Assembly (NCBI GenBank): GCA_002733415.1
Contig: NVVR01000002.1
Coordinates: forward strand, 1-64,000
Source of the DNA: Kordia sp.
Lineage (GTDB): Bacteria; Bacteroidota; Bacteroidia; Flavobacteriales; Flavobacteriaceae
Direction of reading: 5' to 3'
Length of the DNA stretch: 64,000 nt
Part shown: one piece after another, positions 1 through 10,662 of the stretch
How the letters are laid out: the number at the start of each line of letters is the position of its first letter
Numbering within the stretch: the stretch's first letter is position 1
Translations under genes and position numbers: made by a program
The notes under the pieces: model-generated
The model's database searches: none
Told to the model about the DNA's origin: nothing
Seen by the model: the letters and a program-made list of their open reading frames with translations, nothing else

Positions 1-615
1 GCAACAGCTCAAGAATATACAGTTACTGAACCTGGAGATTATACGGTAACAGTTTCAGGACCAATGGACTTTGATTGTATCAATTATTCAGCGATACAAA
101 CAATAACAGTTTCAGGATCACCAGAAGCATATAATGCAAGTGTAACAACACTAGCGTTTGCAGATTCACATCAAGTAGTAGCGACAGCAACATCAAGTAT
201 TCCAGGGATTGTATTCTGGTATAGTTTAGATGGTGGAGAGGCAACTACTAACGGGACCTTTAATGATGTGTCTCCGGGAATCCATATCGTAACTATTACA
301 GACGGACAAGGATGTTGGAGTGATCCTCAAGAAGTAATGATTGTTGATTATCCACATTTCTTCACACCAAACGGAGATGGAGTCAATGATACTTGGGCAA
401 TTATCCAGCAAGAAGGAATCCCAATATCACAGATTTACATTTTTGACCGATTTGGTAAGTTGTTAACGCAACTAGATCCTGATGGAGCAGGATGGGACGG
501 AACGTATAACGGAAGTCAAATGCCAGCAACTGATTATTGGTTTAAAATCATCTATATAGAAGGAGATAGCAGTGCTCAAAAAGAGTTTAAGGCACACTTC
601 TCAATAAAGAGATAA
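1..615 (+). CDS. C-terminal part of a large T9SS cargo protein carrying a type B sorting domain (gliding motility-associated C-terminal domain). It is 5'-truncated by the window edge.
   Basis: The ORF is open from position 1. The C-terminal motif HFFTPNGDGVNDTW...YIFDRFGKLL...WDGTYNG...YWFKI is characteristic of the T9SS type B C-terminal domain. Confidence 0.7.
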   Translation, partial: ATAQEYTVTEPGDYTVTVSGPMDFDCINYSAIQTITVSGSPEAYNASVTTLAFADSHQVVATATSSIPGIVFWYSLDGGEATTNGTFNDVSPGIHIVTITDGQGCWSDPQEVMIVDYPHFFTPNGDGVNDTWAIIQQEGIPISQIYIFDRFGKLLTQLDPDGAGWDGTYNGSQMPATDYWFKIIYIEGDSSAQKEFKAHFSIKR

Positions 616-632
616 ACAGACCATCTTTTAAC

Positions 633-666
633 AAAAAAAACCTTCACATTGTGAAGGTTTTTTTTG
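633..666 (+). terminator. Rho-independent terminator
   Basis: The hairpin ccttcacattgtgaagg is followed by a run of 8 T. Confidence 0.7.
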
Positions 667-699
667 TTAAAAGATCAATTAAAGATTACTTTTTAAATC

Positions 700-1660
700 T
701 AAAACAAGGTAAAGGAGACCGTTGCACGAGGTGTTAAAAAAGATTGAAGTACTTAATATTTAAAATATGTAATTAATACTATTTTAGATAGGACTCCCAT
801 AGAGCTCATTTCACTAAGGGCAAAAGTACCACAGGTAAACCTAGTTATAAAGGGGTGTTACTTTTTAAAATGTGTTTATTACAAACATGATATAGAAGAC
901 CGAGTGAACGACAGTATTTCATTTTGTAGACAACTATAGGTGTCGTAGCTCCAGACCACAGTACATTAAGTGTTTAAACCTTAATGACTAAAGTAAAAGG
1001 CCATGGACCTCTTTTTAAAGAAATCAATAGATAATTAGAAGCGCATCAAATTATCGTTAAAACAGGAGCTATAGTTGAGACCAGTGTTATTGACACCCCG
1101 TTAAAACCAAAAGGTAAAACAAATTATAAAGTTACAGTAGATACTCAATAAGTTGAACTTACTAAGGATTATGTCGATAGCGTAGATAAAGATGCTTCTT
1201 GGTTAAAAAAAGCATTATGTAACCGATAATGAGGGTTTGGTTTTTTGGAGTTGTTACCACTAAAGCCAGTACCAATGAATAACCAATTTAGAAGAAGTAT
1301 TAGCTGCTGCTGACTTACCTAAAGACACTCCTTAGGGGCAGTCAAAGGACATCACTCAAAGAAAAAGTTACTTGCCTATAAAAACTAAAAAAATCACATT
1401 CTAAAAACTAAAAAAAAGAACAAACCTCTAACAAAATGGGAACTACGGTTTAATAAAGTTATTGTTTAAAACTAGAATTTAAACTAGCGCGTACTTTTGG
1501 AGGTATTAAACGATGGTGTAATGGCGGAACTGCTAGGTATAGAGATGTACATAAAATGAACAAAGAAAACATCATTAAAATTCTTGTAAAAAAGTTAAAA
1601 CATAAAAAGGTTCCTTTTTAGGCTAGGTATTGCAATGGTCTTAAAATGTGGGCTAAAAAT
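700..1660 (+). pseudogene. Degraded IS5-family (DDE) transposase relic
   Basis: There is no intact ORF. Frame translations give GAIVETSVIDTPLKPKG...DKDASWLKKA and FGGIKRWCNGGTARYRD. These resemble the IS5-family motifs (D.DA.W.KK and the C-terminal FGWLK..RRLATRYEK-like segment) but are interrupted by stop codons. Confidence 0.45.
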
Positions 1661-1840
1661 TCTGGTAGGTGTCATCCTAAATTTATTTCAGAATTTCAAT
1701 TTGTGCGAAACTGAAACAAGTTCATCTTATAAAAAATACATTATTTTTTATACCAATTAAAATTCAAGGTGCTCATAAGTAAATAGATTTAAAAGAAACT
1801 ATCTAATTTTGAATTTTAATTGGTATTATATACAGCTAGC

Positions 1841-2554
1841 TTATTTTTTAATTTGAACGGGCTTCTCATTCTTTTTAGCTGATAAGCCTTTTTTGTTCTC
1901 TAAGGCTAACACAAATTGTGGATCTATTTTTAAGGATTCGTCAAAAATAGCGATAGCTTTATCAATATTACTTTTATCTAGGTTGTATTCTATGAGTCCA
2001 AGAATGTTTAAAAAAGCTGCTTTAATAGGTGTTTCTAAATAACTATTTCCTTTTATAAAGATTCTAACTTTTTCATCTTTTGAGTTTTGTAAGCCATAAT
2101 TAATGGTTGCTCTAGCTTCTCCAAAACGTTGAATGCTAAATTGTAATTGTGCTAATTCATAAGCATCTAAAACACTATTGCTTTTCTGAATTAATGTTTC
2201 ATAATTTTCAATAGCCTTTTTAGGATTGTTTAAATTTTTAAATCCAATAGCTTTCGTTTTCAAGGCTAAATTAGAAGTTGAATTACCTACAACTTTGATT
2301 GCTTGTATTGGCTTGTTAGCTTGCAAATACATATACCCTAGAGTATCCTTTTTAGTTTGGGAAGGAGCTAAAACGATTAAATGACTTAAACCTTCAATAG
2401 CGCCATCTAAATCATTATTTTCAAGCATCATTTTATAATACTTTTGATAATGATTAGTTAGTGCAGTATCTGTATTGTTCTTTTTTTTATTTTTTTGAGC
2501 TTGTGTAGTTGTAAATGTAACTAAAGCAAGGAAGCAAAATATTATTTTTTTCAT
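1841..2554 (-). CDS. Secreted TPR-like repeat protein, hypothetical
   Basis: N-terminal signal peptide (MKKIIFCFLALVTFTTTQAQ) and a helical-repeat composition. Confidence 0.45.
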   Translation of the reverse strand: MKKIIFCFLALVTFTTTQAQKNKKKNNTDTALTNHYQKYYKMMLENNDLDGAIEGLSHLIVLAPSQTKKDTLGYMYLQANKPIQAIKVVGNSTSNLALKTKAIGFKNLNNPKKAIENYETLIQKSNSVLDAYELAQLQFSIQRFGEARATINYGLQNSKDEKVRIFIKGNSYLETPIKAAFLNILGLIEYNLDKSNIDKAIAIFDESLKIDPQFVLALENKKGLSAKKNEKPVQIKK

Positions 2555-2579
2555 GATAGTATTGTTATAAGTATGAGCG

Positions 2580-3362
2580 CTACGAAAGTATCAAATTATT
2601 TTTAAATTCATAATTTAAAAGTGAGATGATTTTCTCAGAAGATATTTCTTTTAGGTTAGGATCTGTATTGTCATTAAGGATTGGTAATGGTAATTTTAAA
2701 TATTCACAGCAGCTAGTATAATACGCTCCTTTATTAGGATGATATGGATTTACAAGATTAAAAATGTCATTTATAGTATTGGTTTTTAATAGTTGCTCGA
2801 TAACAGCAATGCAATCTTCTAGATGAACTAGGTTTATAAGCTCACTAGGGAGTTTTACTATTTTTCCAGACAAATGATACGCGGGATGTCTGTTAGGTCC
2901 AATCAATCCCCCTAAACGAATAATATTAGTATTGAATTTTGTATTATTTAATAAAAATTGCTCTGTTTCTGTAATTTGTATTACGGAGTCTCTAATTGGA
3001 TTCGTTTCTGTTTCTTCTGTTATAACGCCCGTAGTGTTTCCATATACAGAAATAGAACTGGTGTAAATGACTCTTTTTATTGAAGAAGACTCAATTTTGG
3101 CAATTAAATTTTTGATAGTTTCATGATGGTTTTTTAATCGAGGAGGAATCGTAATTATTAATTCATCAACATTTAAAAAGTCGTTTAAATCATTATTCAA
3201 ATTATCTAAGTCTAGCACAAACGAATTAATTCCTGTGTCAATTAAGTTCTTTTCTTTTTTCAAAGAAGTTGTGCTTCCATTAATATGACACCCCGATTTT
3301 AATAATTGTTTGGCTAATGGTAATCCCAACCATCCGCACCCTAATATAGCAACTTTAGTCAT
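2580..3362 (-). CDS. NAD(P)-binding Rossmann-fold protein (SDR / epimerase-like)
   Basis: The N-terminal glycine-rich dinucleotide-binding motif VAILGCGWLG and a length of about 260 aa. Confidence 0.55.
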   Translation of the reverse strand: MTKVAILGCGWLGLPLAKQLLKSGCHINGSTTSLKKEKNLIDTGINSFVLDLDNLNNDLNDFLNVDELIITIPPRLKNHHETIKNLIAKIESSSIKRVIYTSSISVYGNTTGVITEETETNPIRDSVIQITETEQFLLNNTKFNTNIIRLGGLIGPNRHPAYHLSGKIVKLPSELINLVHLEDCIAVIEQLLKTNTINDIFNLVNPYHPNKGAYYTSCCEYLKLPLPILNDNTDPNLKEISSEKIISLLNYEFKNNLILS

Positions 3363-5640
3363 TAAATCTCAGGGTGTTTTTTACGATTACGGCATCGTTT
3401 ATTACAAAAGGTTTTGGAATCATGTTGTCACCTCTATTTGGAATGTTTAAGGTTTTATTACTCAGTAAGTCATGTGAGGTTTCCAGTAATACTATATGTG
3501 GGATACTATCCTTGTGAATACTAAAACTCAACTCTAATGGTTCATTATTTACAAGATGATATGTCGCTATTTTTGGGCTGTTAGTATTGAAAAATTTAGA
3601 ATCTATTTTAGTACTGATTTCAGTCCCGTTAATACTAAAACTAGTGAAGCTATTTTTCGTTTTTGAATTAATTTCAATACTGTTTAGTTTCCGATTAGGC
3701 ATAATACATAACTGTATTTTTCGTTCCTGATTAATAAGGGTATCAATGGATATATTTAAGTTCGACTTTGGGATTGCGATAGTTTCTGCTTTAGCTACTT
3801 TGGAAAATTTAGTATTGTATTTGCTTCCCAAAGTAATGTTCGATTTGTCACTAATAGTATCTTTGAAATAGGATTCATTCCAGTTATCAAGAATTTTGTC
3901 ATAGGTAATCCAATAACTTTTCTGAGTATCATTGTCTTGAAAGTACACTAAACTATTCGGTTTTGGTTGCTCAGGAGTAAACTCACTATTCAGATGTGCA
4001 ATAAGGAAAACGATACCTGAAACAAATAATAGTAAATGACCCAATGATTTTTTCCTTCTTATAAAACCTAAAACGGGAAGTAGTAAACCGAATAATAACA
4101 CGATTAATACACTAGAAGCAACAATAATCTTCAGTCCTAAAGCAATAGGAAATTGCTGAATAAATGGCACTAAAATAAAAATAGCGGGCAAAGATAAAAG
4201 TGTTGTGGCAAGTATATTTGGGTTGTCTTTGCGTAGTAAAATAAAGAATAAGCCTAATGCAAAAAATAGTGGAACGATAAAGAAACTTGCTCCTTGTAGC
4301 TCTTGTGAAATCCCGAAATTAAGCAGTAACCAAATAAAAATTGGAGCAACTAATAACTCTTTGGTATTTGTAGTAGTGTATACCTTTTTATAAATGTAAA
4401 AAGTAATGCTTAGTGAAAGGAGTACAAAAAAGAAGATGTATAAATGTCCGTTATAAGTGAAACCATGTAATATTTCATTGTAATGAGGGTATACTTGTAA
4501 GATGGCTTTCCATCCAAAGAAACCAATGATTCCATTCACTAGTAAAGCAGAAAATAAGGCTAAAAATCCTTTTCTTATTTCGATTCCTTTTAACTTTTTA
4601 TGCCTTCTTCCATAAATTAAAATCAGAAGAAACAGTACCGCTGCTATGATTACTAATGGTAGAATCCATGTAAAAGGGTAGGAGTGCATTCCTAAAGGCG
4701 AATTGAAATAAACATTGTTTTCAGTGCTTTTTAAATTAGTTAAATCAGTATTTCCGAAATGATTTAATAAAGGCATTAAATAACTAGCTTGATGTGATAG
4801 GGTGTTATTATCTAATCGTTCTGGGGTGTCTAAAGCAGCATGATAGTCATAATGGTCATCAATGAAAGCAAAGTTAAACCCTTGGATATTCGCTTCTTTT
4901 CTGAATACGGTTAAATCAGTATCATTAGGTAATTTTTTATAAATGCTATACGCTAATGAATTTGCTACCGGGTATTTTGGGTTTGCTTTTATAAACTCAT
5001 TCATTAATACTGCATTCCCATCTGTCGTTTCTACTAATGTAAATGATGGTCCGCCACTCCCTCGAGATTCAAAGTTTAAGATTAAACCAATATCTTTTGT
5101 CCATGGATGTTCTTTTACGAATAATCTAGCGCCGTTTAAACCTAGCTCCTCACCGTCAGTAAATAAAATAATAATGTCGTTTTTATGCGCAGTCCTTTTT
5201 GTAATAAAAGCTCTTATTCCTTCTAATACGGTGGCTACTCCGCTGGCGGCATCACTTGCACCTTTGGAAGAATGTCCTGCACTATCATAATGACTCATCA
5301 GTACTAATGCTTTTGAATTGTCAGTACCTTTTATTCTTGTAGCTATATTTTTGACTTTAGCAAAAGTTCCCCAATCACTAAAACTATTTCCTTCTTGAGT
5401 TTGTACATCTAAGCCAAGTTTTTCAAGCTCCTTTATAATATACACTGCAGCATCTTCGTGAGCATTTGTTCCTATTGCATGTGCATCACTTCCTAAATTT
5501 TGAACATGCTTGAATGCCTTAGTATTTGAAAATTCTGAATTAGTAGGATTGTCAATGAAATTATCTTGAGGCATTAAAGTTTTAATACTGAAGTAAGCAG
5601 CAAGAGAAAATATAAGAAGGGCAATAATTTTTTTAAACAT
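3355..5640 (-). CDS. M28-family peptidase fused to a polytopic membrane domain
   Basis: Signal peptide. Zn-aminopeptidase motifs HYDSAGHSSKGASDAASG and FTDGEELGLNGARLF. The C-terminal half is strongly hydrophobic and multi-spanning. Confidence 0.7.
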   Translation of the reverse strand: MFKKIIALLIFSLAAYFSIKTLMPQDNFIDNPTNSEFSNTKAFKHVQNLGSDAHAIGTNAHEDAAVYIIKELEKLGLDVQTQEGNSFSDWGTFAKVKNIATRIKGTDNSKALVLMSHYDSAGHSSKGASDAASGVATVLEGIRAFITKRTAHKNDIIILFTDGEELGLNGARLFVKEHPWTKDIGLILNFESRGSGGPSFTLVETTDGNAVLMNEFIKANPKYPVANSLAYSIYKKLPNDTDLTVFRKEANIQGFNFAFIDDHYDYHAALDTPERLDNNTLSHQASYLMPLLNHFGNTDLTNLKSTENNVYFNSPLGMHSYPFTWILPLVIIAAVLFLLILIYGRRHKKLKGIEIRKGFLALFSALLVNGIIGFFGWKAILQVYPHYNEILHGFTYNGHLYIFFFVLLSLSITFYIYKKVYTTTNTKELLVAPIFIWLLLNFGISQELQGASFFIVPLFFALGLFFILLRKDNPNILATTLLSLPAIFILVPFIQQFPIALGLKIIVASSVLIVLLFGLLLPVLGFIRRKKSLGHLLLFVSGIVFLIAHLNSEFTPEQPKPNSLVYFQDNDTQKSYWITYDKILDNWNESYFKDTISDKSNITLGSKYNTKFSKVAKAETIAIPKSNLNISIDTLINQERKIQLCIMPNRKLNSIEINSKTKNSFTSFSINGTEISTKIDSKFFNTNSPKIATYHLVNNEPLELSFSIHKDSIPHIVLLETSHDLLSNKTLNIPNRGDNMIPKPFVINDAVIVKNTLRFND

Positions 5641-5700
5641 AGTGTTTTAATTAAATGATTGAAAAAGTTAACAATTAAAATAATAGTGATTGTAAGGTCA

Positions 5701-6081
5701 TTATTCTTTCCTTTTAACCAATGCGTAATATTCATTTTCTAAAGGTAAATACCCTTGGTCATACACAAAATAATATATGGTGCCTATTTTGGTAGTATAG
5801 GTTGATGTGAAATATGAGAAGTCAAATCCTTTTTCAATCATTTTACTTCTGGATATTTTGGTTTTATCATTAGGGTTTAACTCTTCTAAAATCCGCCAAT
5901 TTTTACGCAATCTATTGTTTACATTACGGATTAAATTTTTGGAATCTTTATTTATCCTATTATTGTACTCATTCCTACAACTGTCATCACAGAATTTTTT
6001 ATCAGCTCGTCCTTTTATAGTTTGCTTGCACTCTAAACAGGTTTTTTCCATGCTATTGTTTTTTATATCTATAATGACCAA
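5701..6081 (-). CDS. Small Cys-rich (zinc-ribbon-like) protein, hypothetical
   Basis: Contains CLECKQ...CDDSCRNEY. It overlaps a + strand ORF at 5807..6100, and the minus-strand ORF is preferred. Confidence 0.4.
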   Translation of the reverse strand: MVIIDIKNNSMEKTCLECKQTIKGRADKKFCDDSCRNEYNNRINKDSKNLIRNVNNRLRKNWRILEELNPNDKTKISRSKMIEKGFDFSYFTSTYTTKIGTIYYFVYDQGYLPLENEYYALVKRKE

Positions 6082-6634
6082 TTATGGTATAGGTAAATAA
6101 TATATCTTCAGCTAATTGACCTCCTCCAATATTGTGGACGATTAAATGTCGTTGTTTATCGTCAGATTTTTGGTTTATGACTATACCAATGTGTGTAATT
6201 GCTCCTCCAAGGTTCCAACATACAATATCTCCAGGTTGATAATCGGAACCATTCCTAGTAATAGGTTTTTCTGCATGATGGCGTTTAAAAAATGTCATTA
6301 GATTAGGAACCCGTCTATGATCAATGTTAGTATCGGTTCTTTTAAGTCCCCATATTTTTGGATAGACATTTAAGTTTTGTTTCATATCCTCGTGAACTTC
6401 TTTTTGCAAATCAATTCCCATTTTTCGATAGGTTCTAATAACAACATCAGTACAAACACCTTTTTTTTCAGGAATATCCCCATTCGGATATTGTATTGAA
6501 AAATAGGCAGGATCATAAACGATTGTATCATCAATTAGTTCCACAGCACAAGCGCTTATTTGTTGAAAAAAATCCTGAGCATGGTTTATTTGTGATACTA
6601 GAATAAAGAAGAGGAGTAGTAGTGTCTTTTTCAT
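6053..6634 (-). CDS. Secreted DUF1287-like protein
   Basis: Signal peptide MKKTLLLLFFILVSQINHAQ. The conserved CTDVVIRTYRKMGIDLQKEVHEDM...IDHRRVPNLMTFF segment resembles the DUF1287 family. Confidence 0.45.
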   Translation of the reverse strand: MKKTLLLLFFILVSQINHAQDFFQQISACAVELIDDTIVYDPAYFSIQYPNGDIPEKKGVCTDVVIRTYRKMGIDLQKEVHEDMKQNLNVYPKIWGLKRTDTNIDHRRVPNLMTFFKRHHAEKPITRNGSDYQPGDIVCWNLGGAITHIGIVINQKSDDKQRHLIVHNIGGGQLAEDILFTYTIIGHYRYKKQ

Positions 6635-6637
6635 AAC

Positions 6638-7246
6638 TCATGTTCTAGTTGTTAGTTTTAGGATTAACTTCTCTTTTTCAGTTGAAAACCACTCTCCTTT
6701 TAAAATGCTTAATAAAATGGCATCTGTTCTTCCTTCTCCTGAAACTGAAGGAAACATGTTTCTAAAAACTCCTTCTTTCTTACATCCTACACTTAACATA
6801 GCATAGATGCTTCTTTCATTTTCTATATAAGAGCTTAAACCAACTCTTTCAAAGCCTATGATTTCGAAAGCATATTGAAATAATAAGTACTTGCAATGTT
6901 TGTTTAAACCTGTTCCTTGAAATTGTTTGCCATACCATGTGTATCCTAAACGAATGGTGTTTAAAAAGGTGTTTATTTCGGAAAATCGCGTGCAACCAGC
7001 ATATTGTTGTTTTCGCTTATCATAAACAATAAAGGTATATGCCGTTTTGTTTTTTCTAGCTTGGATAGCTTCAGATATATAATTTGTCAGATTTGTTTCA
7101 CCATCACCTTTCACAAAGGAATAATCCCAAATATTGGGTTCCAATGAAATTGTGGTTAAATATTTAACATCAGATAATTTTATAGGTCTTAGTTTGACTA
7201 CATCGCTTTCTAATGTTATTTCCGAGTCAAAATTAAAAGTGTTCAT
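6638..7246 (-). CDS. GNAT-family N-acetyltransferase (RimJ/RimL-like)
   Basis: Acetyl-CoA-binding-like core (RLGYTWYGKQFQGTGLNKHCKYLLFQYAFE). Confidence 0.65.
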   Translation of the reverse strand: MNTFNFDSEITLESDVVKLRPIKLSDVKYLTTISLEPNIWDYSFVKGDGETNLTNYISEAIQARKNKTAYTFIVYDKRKQQYAGCTRFSEINTFLNTIRLGYTWYGKQFQGTGLNKHCKYLLFQYAFEIIGFERVGLSSYIENERSIYAMLSVGCKKEGVFRNMFPSVSGEGRTDAILLSILKGEWFSTEKEKLILKLTTRT

Positions 7247-7793
7247 TAAGTTTTTTTTTGATAGTTATTAAGTCTTTAACTTCTATTTTTCCTTTAGTAG
7301 CAATCATATTTTGCCAAACCCAATTATAATGTTCAATTACTTTTTCAGCATTTAAATGTGGCCTATCTCCAGTAGTATGTCCGTTTTCAACAACAACTAT
7401 ATTATAATCTTTAGTTAAAGCAGATTGTATTGTGGATTCAATACAAAAATCAGTAGCACAACCAGTAATATATAATTCCTCTACATTTAATTCAATTAAT
7501 TTCGATTGAAGTTCAGAATTGTAAAATACATCATTAACATATTTGTTAATGAAAATATCATTCGATTCAATAACCAAGTCATCTAATAATTCCCATTCAT
7601 TTGTATTAGGAATAAACTCATTTTCTTCTGTGCCGTCATGTTGAATAAAAAGTATTGGAAAATGATGTGCTCTAAATAGTTGTGCAAGTTCATTGATCCT
7701 ATCTACAGTTCCTTTAGTGTCAAACCGTGGAGTCTTTGGTATAAAAGAGCCTTTTTGCATGTCAATAACTAATAAAGCTTTTTTATTTTTCAT
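7233..7793 (-). CDS. Isochorismatase-family cysteine hydrolase
   Basis: KALLVIDMQ and the catalytic-Cys motif ITGCATDFCIEST. Confidence 0.75.
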   Translation of the reverse strand: MKNKKALLVIDMQKGSFIPKTPRFDTKGTVDRINELAQLFRAHHFPILFIQHDGTEENEFIPNTNEWELLDDLVIESNDIFINKYVNDVFYNSELQSKLIELNVEELYITGCATDFCIESTIQSALTKDYNIVVVENGHTTGDRPHLNAEKVIEHYNWVWQNMIATKGKIEVKDLITIKKKLNEHF

Positions 7794-7861
7794 ATAATAG
7801 TGATGATATCACCAAGATACAAAATATCCGTTTACAAACGGTTACTTAAAATAGTGCTGTA

Positions 7862-8896
7862 TTATTTTTTTATAAAACGCAAGGTGTCAGCCCCTTCAAT
7901 AATAATGAGATAATATCCTGGTTTTAATCTCGAAATGGGAATTTGAGTAGCGCTATTTACAGTTTGTTCTTTAATAATATTTCCTTGCATATCAGATATT
8001 CTAATAAACGTATCAGTTGTTAAATTGTTAATGCTGATATAATCAATTGATGGATTGGGATATACAGAAATTTTATTTTTGTCCTCAATTATGATTTCTT
8101 CTTTGGGAGTTAAATCTATTTTTGATATAAGGTTTTCATCGGTTGATGAAACATATAGTTCGTTCTGAAAAAACAGTAAATCAAAAGGAGATTCAGTTTC
8201 GGAAAACACTTCTTTTATTGATGAGCTGTCATTATCTAGATTTATTTTAGATATTTTATTCCCCAATAATTCTGCTATATATAATTCGTTTTTGTGTATA
8301 CAAATGTTAGCAGGAAAGTTTAAGCCTTCAATAATTGTTTCTGGTTTTGTTCTATTTGAGCTTAAATCAAGTTTAGAGATTTTATTGGCGAAAAATTCAA
8401 CAATATACAATTCATCATTATAAATTATGATGTCTGAAGGAGAATTGATGTTATTGGTGACGATTTGTTTTTTAGGGTTTTCTACATGAGGGTTTATTTT
8501 TACAATGGTATTAGCATTATATTCAGCAACATATAGTTCATTATTATAAAAGTACATACTTGACGGAGCTTCTAAGCCTGTAATTATATCTTCAATATTT
8601 AGGGGTTTATTAGATAAGTCAAATCTCACAACTTTATTTGTAGTAGCGATATACAAATAATCATTAATAATTTCAATTGCTGTTGGTTTTTTTAATAGGG
8701 AACAGACATTAATTAACTCAGGATTTTTATTAGCTAAATTTAATTTTGAGATGTTATTTCCATTAGTGAAGTACAATTCATTTTTGTAGACCTTAATCCC
8801 CATTGGGTTGTTTGCTTCGGTAAGTTGAATGCTATTTTGTGCTGAAGTGTTTACTAAAATGAATAATAAACAAAGTAGGACGTGTTGTTTTTTCAT
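7862..8896 (-). CDS. Secreted beta-propeller repeat protein with a T9SS type A C-terminal sorting domain
   Basis: Signal peptide. There are about 7 repeats built around an NELY/NDELY core. The C-terminus YPNPSIDYISI...LKPGYYLIIIEG is typical of the Por secretion tail. Confidence 0.6.
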   Translation of the reverse strand: MKKQHVLLCLLFILVNTSAQNSIQLTEANNPMGIKVYKNELYFTNGNNISKLNLANKNPELINVCSLLKKPTAIEIINDYLYIATTNKVVRFDLSNKPLNIEDIITGLEAPSSMYFYNNELYVAEYNANTIVKINPHVENPKKQIVTNNINSPSDIIIYNDELYIVEFFANKISKLDLSSNRTKPETIIEGLNFPANICIHKNELYIAELLGNKISKINLDNDSSSIKEVFSETESPFDLLFFQNELYVSSTDENLISKIDLTPKEEIIIEDKNKISVYPNPSIDYISINNLTTDTFIRISDMQGNIIKEQTVNSATQIPISRLKPGYYLIIIEGADTLRFIKK

Positions 8897-9157
8897 AAGT
8901 AGTTAGGTTTGGGGAAATAGATAATGGAAATGATTCTATTTGTATGATTTTAAACGTGTTAATTTGTTTTTTAGTATGTGAGGTATTTAACTATATATTC
9001 GTTTACAAACGACTACAATTACTTACAACTGACAGTAAGTAGGTAACTACCGGATAAAACTAGCATCGCAATTTAACTTTGCAGAGTCGAAATATAATAA
9101 CTCGATAGTATTAACTGTTTAACGATTGCCAGTGATGGCATGTATAAAATTTAAATT

Positions 9158-9493
9158 ATGAGCACATTAAGAAACAAAGTACAGTTGATTGGAAATTTAG
9201 GAAACCAACCAGAAATAATCACTTTAGAGAGTGGAAAGAAATTAGCGAAATTTACTATGGCTACCAATGAAAGCTATAAAAATGCACAAGGTGAAAAAAT
9301 AACCGACACCCAATGGCATAATATTATTGCTTGGGGAAACACAGCGCAAATAATTGAGCAATATGTAAATAAAGGAGAAGAGGTAGCTATTGAAGGGAAA
9401 TTGACTTCAAGAAGTTATGATGATAAGGATGGTAATAAAAGGTACATCACAGAAATTGTGGTAAATGAATTATTGATGTTAGGAGGTAAGTAA
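9158..9493 (+). CDS. ssb: Single-stranded DNA-binding protein (short form without an acidic tail)
   Basis: OB-fold SSB signature LIGNLGNQPEI...TQWHNIIAWG...VAIEGKL. Confidence 0.8.
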   Translation: MSTLRNKVQLIGNLGNQPEIITLESGKKLAKFTMATNESYKNAQGEKITDTQWHNIIAWGNTAQIIEQYVNKGEEVAIEGKLTSRSYDDKDGNKRYITEIVVNELLMLGGK

Positions 9494-9548
9494 GCCCACC
9501 AGTGGGATTAAAATAGGCCTATCTGAAAAGTCAAATAAATTCAATTTT

Positions 9549-9614
9549 GTCATACTGAGCTTGTCGAAGTTTTATTGGGGATCACAATACCTTAAAATAT
9601 TTCGGCAGGCTCAA
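9549..9614. repeat. REP-like hairpin element (family GTCAnnCTGAGYTTGTCGAAG), copy 1
   Basis: gtcatactgagcttgtcgaagt pairs with ttcggcaggctcaa downstream. Related copies are at 22837-22900, 54529-54550 and 55705-55797. Confidence 0.5.
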
Positions 9615-9635
9615 TATGATTAGTAAATTTACCTT

Positions 9636-10661
9636 TCAGTCAGGCTCATTTGTGTTATAAAGCGCTAAAGCAGTTCGTAACTTATAGTTTACTCTTTTTT
9701 TCAAACGTTCTGGCTGAATCACTTTCATGCTTTCCCCAAACCCTAAAATCAGACGTTCCAATTCGTAATTAATTTTTACCTTGATGTTAATGTCAACACT
9801 TCCATTAAGATACTGATGTTCTATAGTTTGTGAGTGGTGTAAAGGTTTGGTAACAACATAAGGAGCATTACTTTTATCAATCCATATTTTAATATTGCAT
9901 GCACGTTCTCCTTGATTAACAGTTACTCCAATAGCATCTTTATAAAATGTATCAGGATCAAAACCTTGATCTAGATACGCTGTTTTTAAATCATAATCAA
10001 TACTGATAATTCTATCTAAAGCTAAATTAGAAACACCATTTGATCCAGCTCTTTTACCAACTAAGAACCAACGGTTGTTATATTCTTTTAAGATATACGG
10101 ATGAAATGTAATTTCAGAAGAATCTTTAGCTTTAAAAGATTTATAGGTTAATTTAATAACAACTTTTTTAAGAATGGCTTGGTATAACTCATCTAAGTAC
10201 TGTAGGCCTTTTAAATTGTCATTCTTATCTAAATGAATAATAGACTGATGGTCTTTTTGTGAAGAATAAACAGAATCTTCTAATCGTTGAAGTACACCGT
10301 CCATTTCTTTAAATAAGGAGAAGTCTTTAAATTGTCTCAATACCGCAATGGCTTCACTCATTACTTTTATATCATTATCAGTTACTGGAATATTCATAAT
10401 ACTATAGGCTGTATCAGTATAGCGATAATATTTTTTGTCGTACACTTCAATGGGTGCGTTATAGCCTAATTTGTCACTACGCATCAACTGTATGTCTAAT
10501 TGTACAGTACGCTTACTAACATTAATGTCTTTTCCTTCATATTCATAAAGGGCATCTGAACAGGCTTCAATTAAATCATTCAAAGTCCATTGCTTATAGT
10601 TGTTGCGTAAACAGTTATCAATGGTTTTGTATCGTATCAGAGCATTCTTATTAGCAGCCAT
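9636..10661 (-). CDS. WYL-domain transcriptional regulator (wHTH-WYL-WCX architecture)
   Basis: N-terminal HTH-like region. Classic WYL motif FHPYILKEYNNRWFLVG. C-terminal WCX-like segment PLHHSQ...LERLILGFGESMKVIQPERL. Confidence 0.75.
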   Translation of the reverse strand: MAANKNALIRYKTIDNCLRNNYKQWTLNDLIEACSDALYEYEGKDINVSKRTVQLDIQLMRSDKLGYNAPIEVYDKKYYRYTDTAYSIMNIPVTDNDIKVMSEAIAVLRQFKDFSLFKEMDGVLQRLEDSVYSSQKDHQSIIHLDKNDNLKGLQYLDELYQAILKKVVIKLTYKSFKAKDSSEITFHPYILKEYNNRWFLVGKRAGSNGVSNLALDRIISIDYDLKTAYLDQGFDPDTFYKDAIGVTVNQGERACNIKIWIDKSNAPYVVTKPLHHSQTIEHQYLNGSVDINIKVKINYELERLILGFGESMKVIQPERLKKRVNYKLRTALALYNTNEPD

Positions 10662-10662
10662 T

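Noticed and set aside
226-411. 61-aa minus-strand ORF
   Set aside because: It is embedded antisense in the T9SS cargo CDS.
4205-5290. Plus-strand ORFs (62 aa, 115 aa) inside the M28 peptidase gene
   Set aside because: They are antisense to a well-supported long CDS and have low-complexity composition. They are shadow ORFs.
5807-6100. 97-aa plus-strand ORF
   Set aside because: It overlaps the minus-strand Cys-rich ORF and the start of the DUF1287 gene. Its hydrophobic, low-complexity translation is typical of an antisense frame.
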